Virus record (IMG/VR): IMGVR_UViG_3300032212_000007
Span: 1 to 57,715 of that record
From: a virus
Taxonomy: Duplodnaviria; Caudoviricetes
Direction: 5' to 3' (one strand)
Length of the DNA stretch: 57,715 nt
A program made the translations under genes and the position numbers. Shown here one piece after another: positions 36,918 to 45,766 of the stretch. Within the stretch, counting starts at the first letter, position 1; each line of letters starts with the position of its first letter. Under the pieces are notes generated by a model, which was not told the DNA's origin, did not search any database, and saw only the letters and a list, made by a program, of their open reading frames with translations.

Positions 36918-38510
36918 TTAATAAACCGCCCATTGCTGATTAAAGTATTCCTCTAATATCTGCCTTTCATAGTCTAAGAGAGTCCCATCAATAACACCTA
37001 GTATGGCCATACTACCGCCAAAGGTTCTTGTAGTTAGTGAGGGGTTCCCTACATAAAACGCACCTAGTCCATAACTAAATGCCACCGTTACCGAATCAAG
37101 TTGATTTGTGCCATTAATCCATACTTTAGTGCTTGCTGAGGTCCCTTCAATTACTGCAAGGCCATAACTACCGTATGGAAAACTCGTTAAAGGAGTATAT
37201 AAACTTGTTGCACCTTGTCTTAATCTTACTCTATCAACCCCAGTAGCAACACCAGTATCTATATAATTACTTCCATTTGAGCCAAATACTTGCGAATCAT
37301 TTGTAGGCCCTGTGTTTTGGTTTATCACCATTATAACAGTTCTATCTTCTGACCCTGTTAGGTTAGGCATACTGATAGTATAGTCCAAGCCTTCATTGTT
37401 AGTTATATCAAAGTCAATAACGTTATATCCATTCTGAGTAGATGCATTTGTTGTTGGTCGCTCACTAGATGTTGTTTGGTCTACATGCACTGCGAAATCT
37501 GTCTGATCGTTCCACTTATCAACAGCCCCACTAGTGTCCTCTATCGTATCTGTGTCTTTTGCGTTTAGATACATAACAAAATTATTATTAATTATATCCA
37601 GTGCATTGTACTTCCATTTATTGATTAGATAGTTCTCTACCGTCTGCATTTCCGTTAAAGATAAAGCTCTATCATACATTATAATCTCATATACACTTCC
37701 GTCGAATGGAGTGATAGCAAGAAGTCTACCTACTTTAAACCCTGTATTTGTAGATAATTGCGTACTTACTGCGTCTGTAACCAGCTCTACGCCATCGCCC
37801 CTTATCAGTCTGCCTGAGGAGTTTAATTGAAACGTTAATACTCTATCTTCTAAGCTATATCCGCTTGCAACTGTTGCATCTAAGTCACTCCCATAATGCC
37901 CTAATGTCACTTGTGTAGCTGACCTATAACCGCAATGGAAATTCTGATTTACAGCAGCAGTTGTACCTCCCATTATCCATTGACCAGAAGCGTTGCTATT
38001 AGCCTTAGCCACCACAAAAACTGTATATTCTGTATTTGCAAGGAAGGTTGCATCTCCGTCCATTCTGTCATCAGTACCATCAAAATCTAAACCGTACTTA
38101 CTACCAAGCGTATTTATACCTCTGATAGGTTGTAGGCTCGATGTTCCTTGTGTGATATCTCTGGAATTACCAGACTTATCATCCACCTGACTAGGTGACT
38201 TGGCAACCTCCAGACTAGTTAAGGCTGCGTAAGTGGCTGTTAAAGTCTCTACTGTGTTTATCGTAGTGCCTTCGATACTAGCCACCGTATAAACATCCGC
38301 ACTATCAACCCTTATAGTCATACCTGCACGTGCTATTCTCGCCATTGTGGCGGAGGCTGTTAATACCGTTGTACTAATAGTACCCGATACCGTTTCTGTA
38401 GCCGTTTGATATGCTAATGTAACTGTTGTAGCATCGGCAGAGTCTAACCAAAGCTGTATGCTCGGAATATCTGAAGGTAATGTTGTCTTCTTATTAAAGC
38501 CTAATAACAT
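36918..38510 (-). CDS. Tandem LamG/ConA-like lectin-domain protein
   Basis: Two domains: LWLDSAD...DKSGNSR...FDGTDD...EIIMYDRALS..VENYLINKW, then MYLNAKD...LEEYFNQQW. Confidence 0.75.
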   Translation of the reverse strand: MLLGFNKKTTLPSDIPSIQLWLDSADATTVTLAYQTATETVSGTISTTVLTASATMARIARAGMTIRVDSADVYTVASIEGTTINTVETLTATYAALTSLEVAKSPSQVDDKSGNSRDITQGTSSLQPIRGINTLGSKYGLDFDGTDDRMDGDATFLANTEYTVFVVAKANSNASGQWIMGGTTAAVNQNFHCGYRSATQVTLGHYGSDLDATVASGYSLEDRVLTFQLNSSGRLIRGDGVELVTDAVSTQLSTNTGFKVGRLLAITPFDGSVYEIIMYDRALSLTEMQTVENYLINKWKYNALDIINNNFVMYLNAKDTDTIEDTSGAVDKWNDQTDFAVHVDQTTSSERPTTNASTQNGYNVIDFDITNNEGLDYTISMPNLTGSEDRTVIMVINQNTGPTNDSQVFGSNGSNYIDTGVATGVDRVRLRQGATSLYTPLTSFPYGSYGLAVIEGTSASTKVWINGTNQLDSVTVAFSYGLGAFYVGNPSLTTRTFGGSMAILGVIDGTLLDYERQILEEYFNQQWAVY

Positions 38511-38511
38511 A

Positions 38512-38877
38512 TTATGTAATAGATCTCACTATGAATGTAAATGTTTTACTAGTTTCACTGGCACTACTCTCTACCTTTGCCGCTCTTACTCCTGCAAATA
38601 TAGCTGGATCAAAGAAGTACTGATTTGCAGTAGTATCAACTGTTACACTGTATGAACTGTTAGTGATATCTGTCAATGGACTAAATGTACCTACAGAACT
38701 ATCCGCTGCTACGGAAAAAGTAAGTGATGTAGATGATAAACTAGCAGGAGTTATTAACCCTACAATAGTACCCCCCTTTAAATCCCCCGTCGAAGCAGAT
38801 GTAGATCCTGACGTAGTAACAACGTCTACCGTGTAGACAACTGCATGGGAAGTATTTGATGCATGATTCTGACCCAT
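38512..38877 (-). CDS. Small beta-rich virion protein
   Basis: Ser/Thr-rich 121-aa ORF with AGGAG RBS. Confidence 0.5.
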   Translation of the reverse strand: MGQNHASNTSHAVVYTVDVVTTSGSTSASTGDLKGGTIVGLITPASLSSTSLTFSVAADSSVGTFSPLTDITNSSYSVTVDTTANQYFFDPAIFAGVRAAKVESSASETSKTFTFIVRSIT

Positions 38878-38892
38878 AATAGGCTCCTTATA

Positions 38893-40116
38893 TTAAAAAT
38901 AATCTTTATATGTAATTGATCCCTCTATATCCGAGGCTGCAGCTGATTCCGCTGCTAATGTGACTCTTTCACCAGTGTGTATATCTATATCCAATTCTAT
39001 TAACGACTCATTTAAATCAGCAGCCTTACTTAAGTGAAACTCTCCTTTAAGCGTCCCTCCTGTAACCGTAGTACCTGCGGTATCTATCTCTAACACTGAG
39101 TTTGTAGCATCAACAGCACTATAACTTGGTACTCCGCCTAATGTAGCTCCCTCTAATAATCTTATAGTAACAGGTTTAGTGCCATCAGAATCTACTGATA
39201 AGTAGTTTAAAGCTGACCTAACTCTGTTAGTCTCCCCTTGGAAAGTAGTTGGACTCTGTAAGGTAAGAATGTTAGTTAATGTGCCGCTTGACAGAGTCTT
39301 ACTGCTGTCAACAGTAAACCTTCTATGACTAGCATTATCCTCTTTACTACCATTATATGCTCCTCCTGTCCATGAACCTGTCTTCATAGTAACAGAGGTA
39401 GCGGCTGCACTTGTCTTAGTTACATCACAACAAATTGGTAATACAGGATTACCTATACTGGTTCCTGCCTGTGTGTTAGGGAAATCAATGATATGAAAGG
39501 GTATCCATCCATTATTAATCCCTCCATACACACTGAATACTACAGGTGCGGTACCTAACCAGCCATATTGAATAAGGAATATATTTAGATAGCTGGTATT
39601 TAAATTAAATCCACTAGGGCCATTACCATCTAATGTATCTTTATTGAAATTAGCCTGTGTAATATGTGTATCTACTGTATTCTTTCTATACCCACAGCCA
39701 AATGTAGTACCATTATACCCAACAAAGAATCCATTATCAGCACTGAAAGTACCAATAGCCTGTACCGTATTAGCTAAACCACCATCATCCCATTGAGCTG
39801 TAAAATATCCGTATGCCTCATCAGCAGGTCTATATCTGATACTATGTTTACTCTCCATAATAGCAGAGGCACTAGTACCAGTTCCAGAACTCACTACCCC
39901 CATGTTCGTGGCCTGTGTAGTAGTTCCTGTATCTACTATAGTAGACTTAACATCTTCAGTAGATAAATTATACTGAAACTGTACAGCAATATCCGTCTGC
40001 TTAGTACCTACCATTAACTCGTTAAACAGTGTTACACCAGCTTGACTACCACTAACACTAGTTAATGTTACGTCAGAAGGAGATTGAGGCTGTGTTGGCA
40101 TTGATGTTATAGCCAT
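38893..40116 (-). CDS. Beta-rich virion/receptor-binding protein
   Basis: 407 aa; IRYRP, IQYGWLG, SIGNPVLP motifs. Confidence 0.55.
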   Translation of the reverse strand: MAITSMPTQPQSPSDVTLTSVSGSQAGVTLFNELMVGTKQTDIAVQFQYNLSTEDVKSTIVDTGTTTQATNMGVVSSGTGTSASAIMESKHSIRYRPADEAYGYFTAQWDDGGLANTVQAIGTFSADNGFFVGYNGTTFGCGYRKNTVDTHITQANFNKDTLDGNGPSGFNLNTSYLNIFLIQYGWLGTAPVVFSVYGGINNGWIPFHIIDFPNTQAGTSIGNPVLPICCDVTKTSAAATSVTMKTGSWTGGAYNGSKEDNASHRRFTVDSSKTLSSGTLTNILTLQSPTTFQGETNRVRSALNYLSVDSDGTKPVTIRLLEGATLGGVPSYSAVDATNSVLEIDTAGTTVTGGTLKGEFHLSKAADLNESLIELDIDIHTGERVTLAAESAAASDIEGSITYKDYF

Positions 40117-40472
40117 TAAACTATATTCCTCTCTATTCCGTCTACTGTAAATGTTAAGGCATTAGTCACAGACGTCTGTACCGCCAAATTACCTGAAGGA
40201 GTCTCTAAACTTAATCCATTCAGAAATTCAATCAAAGTATAAGAATTACCTGCTAATGTTACTCCGTAAGCCAATGCTGTAGTCTGATCATAGGTAGTGC
40301 CATCATTGTCACGATAAATACTGAAATCTGCATTAACAGTAGTAGTATTAGCTATAACAATCTGGTAAATGAGTCCGGAGCTGTTAGCAGGAGGTGAGTA
40401 AATACTGGCTGCATTTACATCACCGGGGCGTAATTGGCCTAACTGTTTAGGGCGATATTGGGAATAATCCAT
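40116..40472 (-). CDS. Small beta-sandwich protein, first gene of the late operon
   Basis: Start reassigned to MDYSQ (40472), because the listed upstream start lies inside the promoter. Confidence 0.55.
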   Translation of the reverse strand: MDYSQYRPKQLGQLRPGDVNAASIYSPPANSSGLIYQIVIANTTTVNADFSIYRDNDGTTYDQTTALAYGVTLAGNSYTLIEFLNGLSLETPSGNLAVQTSVTNALTFTVDGIERNIV

Positions 40473-40500
40473 ATAAGACTGAGAAGTGAATGATGACGTC

Positions 40501-40529
40501 ATTATAACACACGCTAAAAGGGGTGTCAA
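40501..40529 (-). promoter_or_regulatory. Consensus sigma70 promoter heading the structural operon
   Basis: Minus strand TTGACA-ccccttttagcgtgtgt(17)-TATAAT with an A-tract upstream. Confidence 0.85.
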
Positions 40530-41035
40530 GGAGCTAAAATATTATGTTTTTATTTTTTTTTTCAGAAATACTTGCACTAGTACACCATTATGGTTGTGTT
40601 TCTCGTTGCATTCTGGTTTCGACCTATGATAGGATTAGGTAGGGATTATGATAGGATTATTTTACGACGGTTTCCTAGGCCGTGGAGCCGGTTTTTAAAG
40701 GGCTTTTAAGGGTGTTTGAAGGGGTTTAGAGGTGGTTGAGCCATTATTTTTGGTATTCACATGTAATCGGCTATAGTACAGTCCTACCCCCACCTACACC
40801 CCTAGCCCACCCCTCTCCCAGCCTGTTAAACTGCCTTCCAGAGCCATTTCCAAGGCATTTGAAAGCAGTTTCAACAAAATGGCGAAAATTTGGCCTAAGG
40901 TGTGGGGAATAGTGGACTGGGTGGTCCAGAATAGCCTAAAACGCTACAATCCGCGGTGACAGCTAATTACAGGCGATTTGTATACATAAACTGTGACATT
41001 TCAGCCACGTTACCAGCCTTTTAACTATTTTACTA
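40530..41035. other. Non-coding divergence region; candidate genome termini/packaging site
   Basis: No ORFs; between divergent promoters; duplicated TATGATAGGATTA; G-rich to C-rich switch near 40780. Confidence 0.45.
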
Positions 41036-41064
41036 TTGACTTAACCAGTCCAGTCCAATATCAT
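41036..41064 (+). promoter_or_regulatory. Sigma70 early promoter
   Basis: TTGACT-17 nt-TATCAT upstream of CAGGAG RBS and ATG 41095. Confidence 0.7.
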
Positions 41065-41094
41065 GGGAACATAACACAAACAGGAGTTAAACAA

Positions 41095-41328
41095 ATGTTA
41101 ACAGTACCGAACAAATACCGCACCAATAAATCATATACTGAATTATCAGCAATGGAACGATCTACGTATGACCGTCTTGCAGAACTCTTATATATACGTA
41201 TAGACGAGCTAGAAAATACAGACTTACAAGGAGCGATTAACTTACTCGCATACGCTATGGAAGTAGATCGTACTCTATTAAAAGAAGTGTATAATGACTT
41301 AGTACAAACTAGCTACGATGTGGAGTAG
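41095..41328 (+). CDS. Hypothetical early protein (start MLTVPNK)
   Basis: RBS CAGGAGTTAAACAAATG. Confidence 0.6.
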   Translation: MLTVPNKYRTNKSYTELSAMERSTYDRLAELLYIRIDELENTDLQGAINLLAYAMEVDRTLLKEVYNDLVQTSYDVE

Positions 41329-41485
41329 TAACATGACAATGGAACAATTTTACAACATAGTATTAAATATCTATCGCAGCAACGGTGATATTAATACATT
41401 AGCTGTACTATTCTATTTATTTATAGCTATGATAGTAATATTATTAATAACAGAACATAGGCACTAGAAAAGAGAGGTAACTAAG

Positions 41486-41695
41486 ATGATAGACGACATG
41501 ACGGTAAGATTCTTTGCAACATGTATAAGTAATGATGATGTGGGTGTTATGGAAATATCAGAGCAACAGTTTATAACAGTAGATGGAGATATAACATACG
41601 AACGTCATACCATTTCTACAAATGGAGTAGAACAAATTTGTTTAACCCGTAATAACGAGCTATATTTAATAATTAACCAAGAGACAGGAGAATAA
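41486..41695 (+). CDS. Hypothetical protein
   Basis: GAGG RBS, 69 aa. Confidence 0.5.
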   Translation: MIDDMTVRFFATCISNDDVGVMEISEQQFITVDGDITYERHTISTNGVEQICLTRNNELYLIINQETGE

Positions 41696-41699
41696 AACC

Positions 41700-41984
41700 A
41701 TGTATATAGAAGTAACAAGAGAAATGTTTATAAACGAGTTTAAAGCAATAAGACCTGACAATTTCAGTCATGAGGGGTTAAACGAACTATTTAACTATTT
41801 TGAACAATTAGAGGACGATTGCGATATGAGAATAGAGCTTGATGTAATTGCGATATGCTGCGAGTGGCGTGAAGACTCACTTCAAGACATACTAGACAAT
41901 TACCAACTTGAGTCACTGGAAGAGCTACAAGAGAATACCCACGTTATAGAGCTTGATAATACAATACTTTATAAGGAGTTTTAA
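41700..41984 (+). CDS. Hypothetical protein, paralog of 43666-43959
   Basis: FSHEGLNELFNY...IELDVIAICCEW. Confidence 0.7.
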   Translation: MYIEVTREMFINEFKAIRPDNFSHEGLNELFNYFEQLEDDCDMRIELDVIAICCEWREDSLQDILDNYQLESLEELQENTHVIELDNTILYKEF

Positions 41985-41985
41985 A

Positions 41986-42333
41986 ATGAAAGAAGCAGAA
42001 AAACACATATTAGATGCATTAGAAACAGACAGCTTCGGTAACAAACTATGTTGTGACCATGCCAAAATAAAACACGCTTACGAACGATTTACCCGCGAAT
42101 ATGGCTGGAAAATAAGACAAGTAGGTGAGTTAGAAGCATTGACTGAATGGCTGCAAGGACTGGCGTTAAATATTAACTATTTAAATTATCAGATACTAGA
42201 AGACGCAGTATCTCAGGGAAGGTTACCAGAGAACCCAACAGCTCTACAAGAGCAGGAAATACTAGAGGACTATTTTCCATTCATGGCAAAAGTGCTGCAA
42301 GGACTGTTTGAAAAAGAGGGACTAATAAAATGA
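41986..42333 (+). CDS. Hypothetical protein (start MKEAEK)
   Basis: AAGGAG RBS; EWLQGL motif. Confidence 0.6.
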   Translation: MKEAEKHILDALETDSFGNKLCCDHAKIKHAYERFTREYGWKIRQVGELEALTEWLQGLALNINYLNYQILEDAVSQGRLPENPTALQEQEILEDYFPFMAKVLQGLFEKEGLIK

Positions 42334-42689
42334 AAGAAGTAATTAAAGCAGGTACACAGTTTATCTTTTCAACAGGGTACTGTAGTACTAAGGAATATTA
42401 CTATATAACAGCCTTAAAAGATATAACAACAGACACTGCAGCTAGTTCCATTGAGGAACTAAAGGATTATAAAAATAATTATATAGGCCTTGACCGCCTT
42501 ACATTCTTAGACAGCCCCGAAAAGGTTCTGGCACTCATGATATATAGGGGGCATGTCTCCTATCCTGAGTTCCCGATAGTCCTGTGCAATGAGTATTGGG
42601 AAACCCCTGAAATATATGACATGGAACATGCTAAAAATATACTTGATGAGGCTTTAGAAACTATTAAAAAATATTTTAAACAGGAGTAA
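42330..42689 (+). CDS. Hypothetical protein
   Basis: ATGA overlap with the upstream gene. Confidence 0.55.
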   Translation: MKEVIKAGTQFIFSTGYCSTKEYYYITALKDITTDTAASSIEELKDYKNNYIGLDRLTFLDSPEKVLALMIYRGHVSYPEFPIVLCNEYWETPEIYDMEHAKNILDEALETIKKYFKQE

Positions 42690-42693
42690 TATA

Positions 42694-42933
42694 ATGCGAG
42701 AAGTAACGATATATAAAACATATGACAACAAGAGTTTCAATACCCAATCCGCAGCAGTTGATCACTGTATGGAGAAGGTAAGAGTTAGATTGACTAGATT
42801 GTTTGAGTCCGAGATAAATAGCGGTGATGCTGTAAAACTAGCAAATAAATTACTACTAAAGCCAGACCTACACGCCGAACTAGATAATATCTTAATGTGG
42901 CTTAATGAAACGGAGATAGACGAAGATGATTAA
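42694..42933 (+). CDS. Hypothetical protein
   Basis: CAGGAG RBS; YKTYDNKSF motif. Confidence 0.55.
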   Translation: MREVTIYKTYDNKSFNTQSAAVDHCMEKVRVRLTRLFESEINSGDAVKLANKLLLKPDLHAELDNILMWLNETEIDEDD

Positions 42934-43016
42934 TCGTATAGACATTGATATTGAAGATGTAAAAATATACCTGCATGATATCTATCTCAAATATTTTAAA
43001 AACAGGAGCTAAACAA

Positions 43017-43661
43017 ATGACGTTACTAGACTATGATTTAAAAGAACTTATAAAGAATGCTAAACAGAGCGGAGCTTGTGGATATGGTTTAAAAGAGCTT
43101 AAAGAGCTTAAAGATATTAAACAAGCATTAAACCACCCTCAAGCTGCTTATTGGCTGTATTACTATGCTAAATATGTACTTAAAGCTCCTTGGAAAGAAG
43201 CTGAACCATATATTATGAAGGATACTGAATGGGCTTATTGGTATGCTAGATTTGTACTCAAAGCTCCTTGGAAAGAAGCTGAACCATATATTATGAAGGA
43301 TACTGAATGGGCTTATTACTATGCTGAATATGTACTTGAAGCTCCTTTTCCAGAAGCTGAACCATATATTATGAAGGATACTGAATGGGCTTATTACTAT
43401 GCTGAATATGTACTTGAAGCTCCTTTTCCAGAAGCTGAACCATATATTAAAAAGAATGCTAAATGGGCTTATTACTATGCTAGATTTGTACTTAAAGCTC
43501 CTTTTCCAGAAGCTGAACCATATATTATGAAGGAAGCTAAATGGGCTTATTGGTATGCTTATCACGTACTTAAAGCCCCTTTTCCAGAAGCTGAACCATA
43601 TATTACGAAAAGCCACTACTACAAGGAACTATACACTGACCACTTTAAAAACAGGAGCTAA
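43017..43661 (+). CDS. 26-aa tandem-repeat protein, paralog A (6 EAEPYI units)
   Basis: N-cap MTLLDYDLKELIKNA..., 78-bp repeats, C-cap ...DHFKNRS; RBS CAGGAG. Confidence 0.9.
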   Translation: MTLLDYDLKELIKNAKQSGACGYGLKELKELKDIKQALNHPQAAYWLYYYAKYVLKAPWKEAEPYIMKDTEWAYWYARFVLKAPWKEAEPYIMKDTEWAYYYAEYVLEAPFPEAEPYIMKDTEWAYYYAEYVLEAPFPEAEPYIKKNAKWAYYYARFVLKAPFPEAEPYIMKEAKWAYWYAYHVLKAPFPEAEPYITKSHYYKELYTDHFKNRS

Positions 43662-43665
43662 ACAA

Positions 43666-43959
43666 ATGTATATACCGATAACACAAAACATGTTTATAAA
43701 TAAATTCAAAACATTTAAAACGCATGGATTTAGTAAACAAGGATTAAAAGCCTTATACAAATATTATCAAGAATTAGAAGAAGATACAGGCCAATTAATA
43801 AGGCTGGATGTTAAAGCTATCTGTACAGAATGGTATGAACACCCCATTGAAACCGCTTTAAAAGCTTATGGCATACAAACAGTAGATCAACTATATGACT
43901 ACACGCCCGTGATAGAAATCCTAAATACATCTACAATAATTTACCAGCCATATTATTAG
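43666..43959 (+). CDS. Hypothetical protein, paralog of 41700-41984
   Basis: MYIPITQNMFINKFK...FSKQGLKALYKY...IRLDVKAICTEW. Confidence 0.7.
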   Translation: MYIPITQNMFINKFKTFKTHGFSKQGLKALYKYYQELEEDTGQLIRLDVKAICTEWYEHPIETALKAYGIQTVDQLYDYTPVIEILNTSTIIYQPYY

Positions 43960-43971
43960 GAGATTAGAACC

Positions 43972-44223
43972 ATGCTTAAAAAGAAGCCTAAATATATAGC
44001 AGTACATAATAACGACGAAGAATTACTAGGAATCATCACGGGTGATATAGCATTCCAACAAAGACTTCAAGCATTAATTGAAGATGAGTATTCAGTAGAG
44101 TTTACAGCTATAATCGATATAGAGCCTATAAAATATCAAATAAACACTATTACTATTGATATATATGACTCATTACTTTATAGTAAAGTACCGCTAACAT
44201 TATCCGAAACATTTCTATATTAA
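43972..44223 (+). CDS. Hypothetical protein
   Basis: AGGAG RBS, 83 aa. Confidence 0.55.
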   Translation: MLKKKPKYIAVHNNDEELLGIITGDIAFQQRLQALIEDEYSVEFTAIIDIEPIKYQINTITIDIYDSLLYSKVPLTLSETFLY

Positions 44224-44235
44224 GGAGCTAAACAA

Positions 44236-45114
44236 ATGACGTTACTAGACTATGATTTAAAAGAGCTTATAAAGAATGCTAAACAGAGTGGGGCTTGTGA
44301 AAATGAGTTAAAAGAGCTAAAAGAGCTTAAAGATATTAAACAGGCTTTAAACCACCCTCAAGCTGCTTTTTGGCTGTATTGGTATGCTAGAGATGTACTT
44401 GAAGCTCCTTTTCCAGAAGCTGAACCATATATTATGAAGGATGTTAAATGGGCTTATAAGTATACTAGAGATGTACTTGAAGCTCCTTGGAAAGAAGCTG
44501 AACCATATATTATGAAGGAAGCTGAATGGGCTTATTACTATGCTGTAACTGCACTTAAAGCTCCTTGGAAAGAAGCTGAACCGTATATTAAAAAAGATGT
44601 TAAATGGGCTTATTACTATGCTAAATATGTACTTCAAGCTCCTTGGAAAGAGGCTGAACCATATATTATGAAGGATGCTAAATGGGCTTATTACTATGCT
44701 ATAAATGTACTTAAAGCTCCTTGGAAAGAAGCTGAACCATATATTATGAAGGATGCTAAATGGGCTTGTTACTATGCTAGATATGTACTTAAAGCTCCTT
44801 TTCCAGAAGCTGAACCATATATTATGAAGGAAGCTAAATGGGCTTATTGGTATGCTTATCACGTACTTAAAGCCCCTTTTCCAGAAGCTGAACCATATAT
44901 TATGAAGGATGCTGAATCGGCGTGTAATTATGCTAGATATATACTCAAAGCTCCTTTTCCAGAAGCTGAACCATATATTATGAAGGATGCTAAATGGGCT
45001 TATAGGTATGCTAGATATATACTTAATACTCCTTTTCCAGAAGCTGAACCATATATTAAGGAAAATAGCTACTACTATGAATGTTACACTGATCACTTTA
45101 AAAACAGGAGCTAA
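44236..45114 (+). CDS. 26-aa tandem-repeat protein, paralog B (9 EAEPYI units)
   Basis: Same N-cap, 78-bp repeats, C-cap ENSYYYECYTDHFKNRS. Confidence 0.9.
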   Translation: MTLLDYDLKELIKNAKQSGACENELKELKELKDIKQALNHPQAAFWLYWYARDVLEAPFPEAEPYIMKDVKWAYKYTRDVLEAPWKEAEPYIMKEAEWAYYYAVTALKAPWKEAEPYIKKDVKWAYYYAKYVLQAPWKEAEPYIMKDAKWAYYYAINVLKAPWKEAEPYIMKDAKWACYYARYVLKAPFPEAEPYIMKEAKWAYWYAYHVLKAPFPEAEPYIMKDAESACNYARYILKAPFPEAEPYIMKDAKWAYRYARYILNTPFPEAEPYIKENSYYYECYTDHFKNRS

Positions 45115-45118
45115 ACAA

Positions 45119-45742
45119 ATGATATTACTAACAATTATTGGACTACCATTACTAGCCTTTTTAAACCGTTTAAAGGGCGTAAAAGTAAAACAACTAGGCT
45201 GGACAAGAGTGCCACTAGTATATACAATAACTGGCCTATATGCTGCCCTGCTTGCCTATACAGTCGGACTCCCGCCACACATTGTCCTAATCTGTCTCGG
45301 CTATGGCTTAACCTACGCACTATGGAGACAAAAAGGGCCTACATTAGCTTGGATAGGTGGTCAAAGTTGGTGGAATCCTCATTGGGAAAAGCCTAACCAT
45401 AAATATATAAATATACTTTTAAAGAAATTTCATAGACTTGATATAGATGATGTAGATATATACTATAACAGCTTACGAATTAGATTAGGCAATATAGGCG
45501 GAGCATATAGGGGATTCCTCTACTTTATTCCTTTTATGCTGTTAGCTGGCTTTATACATCCTATTGGATATTTAACAGCATTGACAAGCCTTTTCTATGG
45601 TTATATACATACTATAACAGGCGAATACGGACCGTGGGGAACTATGAAAGATATGGTGAAAAGAGCAGAGATACTTAGCGGTGTAATAATACTATACCCA
45701 AATATCGTTTTACCGATTTTAATGCGTGGACTAATTACTTAA
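45119..45742 (+). CDS. Multi-pass membrane protein (start MILLTII)
   Basis: Several hydrophobic helices; RBS CAGGAG. Confidence 0.65.
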   Translation: MILLTIIGLPLLAFLNRLKGVKVKQLGWTRVPLVYTITGLYAALLAYTVGLPPHIVLICLGYGLTYALWRQKGPTLAWIGGQSWWNPHWEKPNHKYINILLKKFHRLDIDDVDIYYNSLRIRLGNIGGAYRGFLYFIPFMLLAGFIHPIGYLTALTSLFYGYIHTITGEYGPWGTMKDMVKRAEILSGVIILYPNIVLPILMRGLIT

Positions 45743-45766
45743 CCTAAAACTTATGGAGATTATAAA

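Noticed and set aside
13789-38655. Many plus-strand ORFs opposite the structural genes (e.g. 21200-21748, 27671-28366, 28382-28927)
   Set aside because: Antisense to well-supported genes, with no motifs or translation signals
43128-45096. Antisense ORFs over the repeat genes (43128-43616, 44347-45096; also 56145-56591, 57489-57692)
   Set aside because: Shadows of a stop-free repeat unit; no RBS or promoter support, and opposite to local transcription
43017-45114. Diversity-generating retroelement as the source of repeat variation
   Set aside because: No reverse transcriptase or non-coding template repeat seen; framework adenines are invariant and changes are not adenine-specific
44236-45114. 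CRISPR array (constant and variable segments with 78-bp period)
   Set aside because: The period is exactly 26 codons in an open frame with RBS and caps; the 'spacers' are homologous to each other; no cas genes
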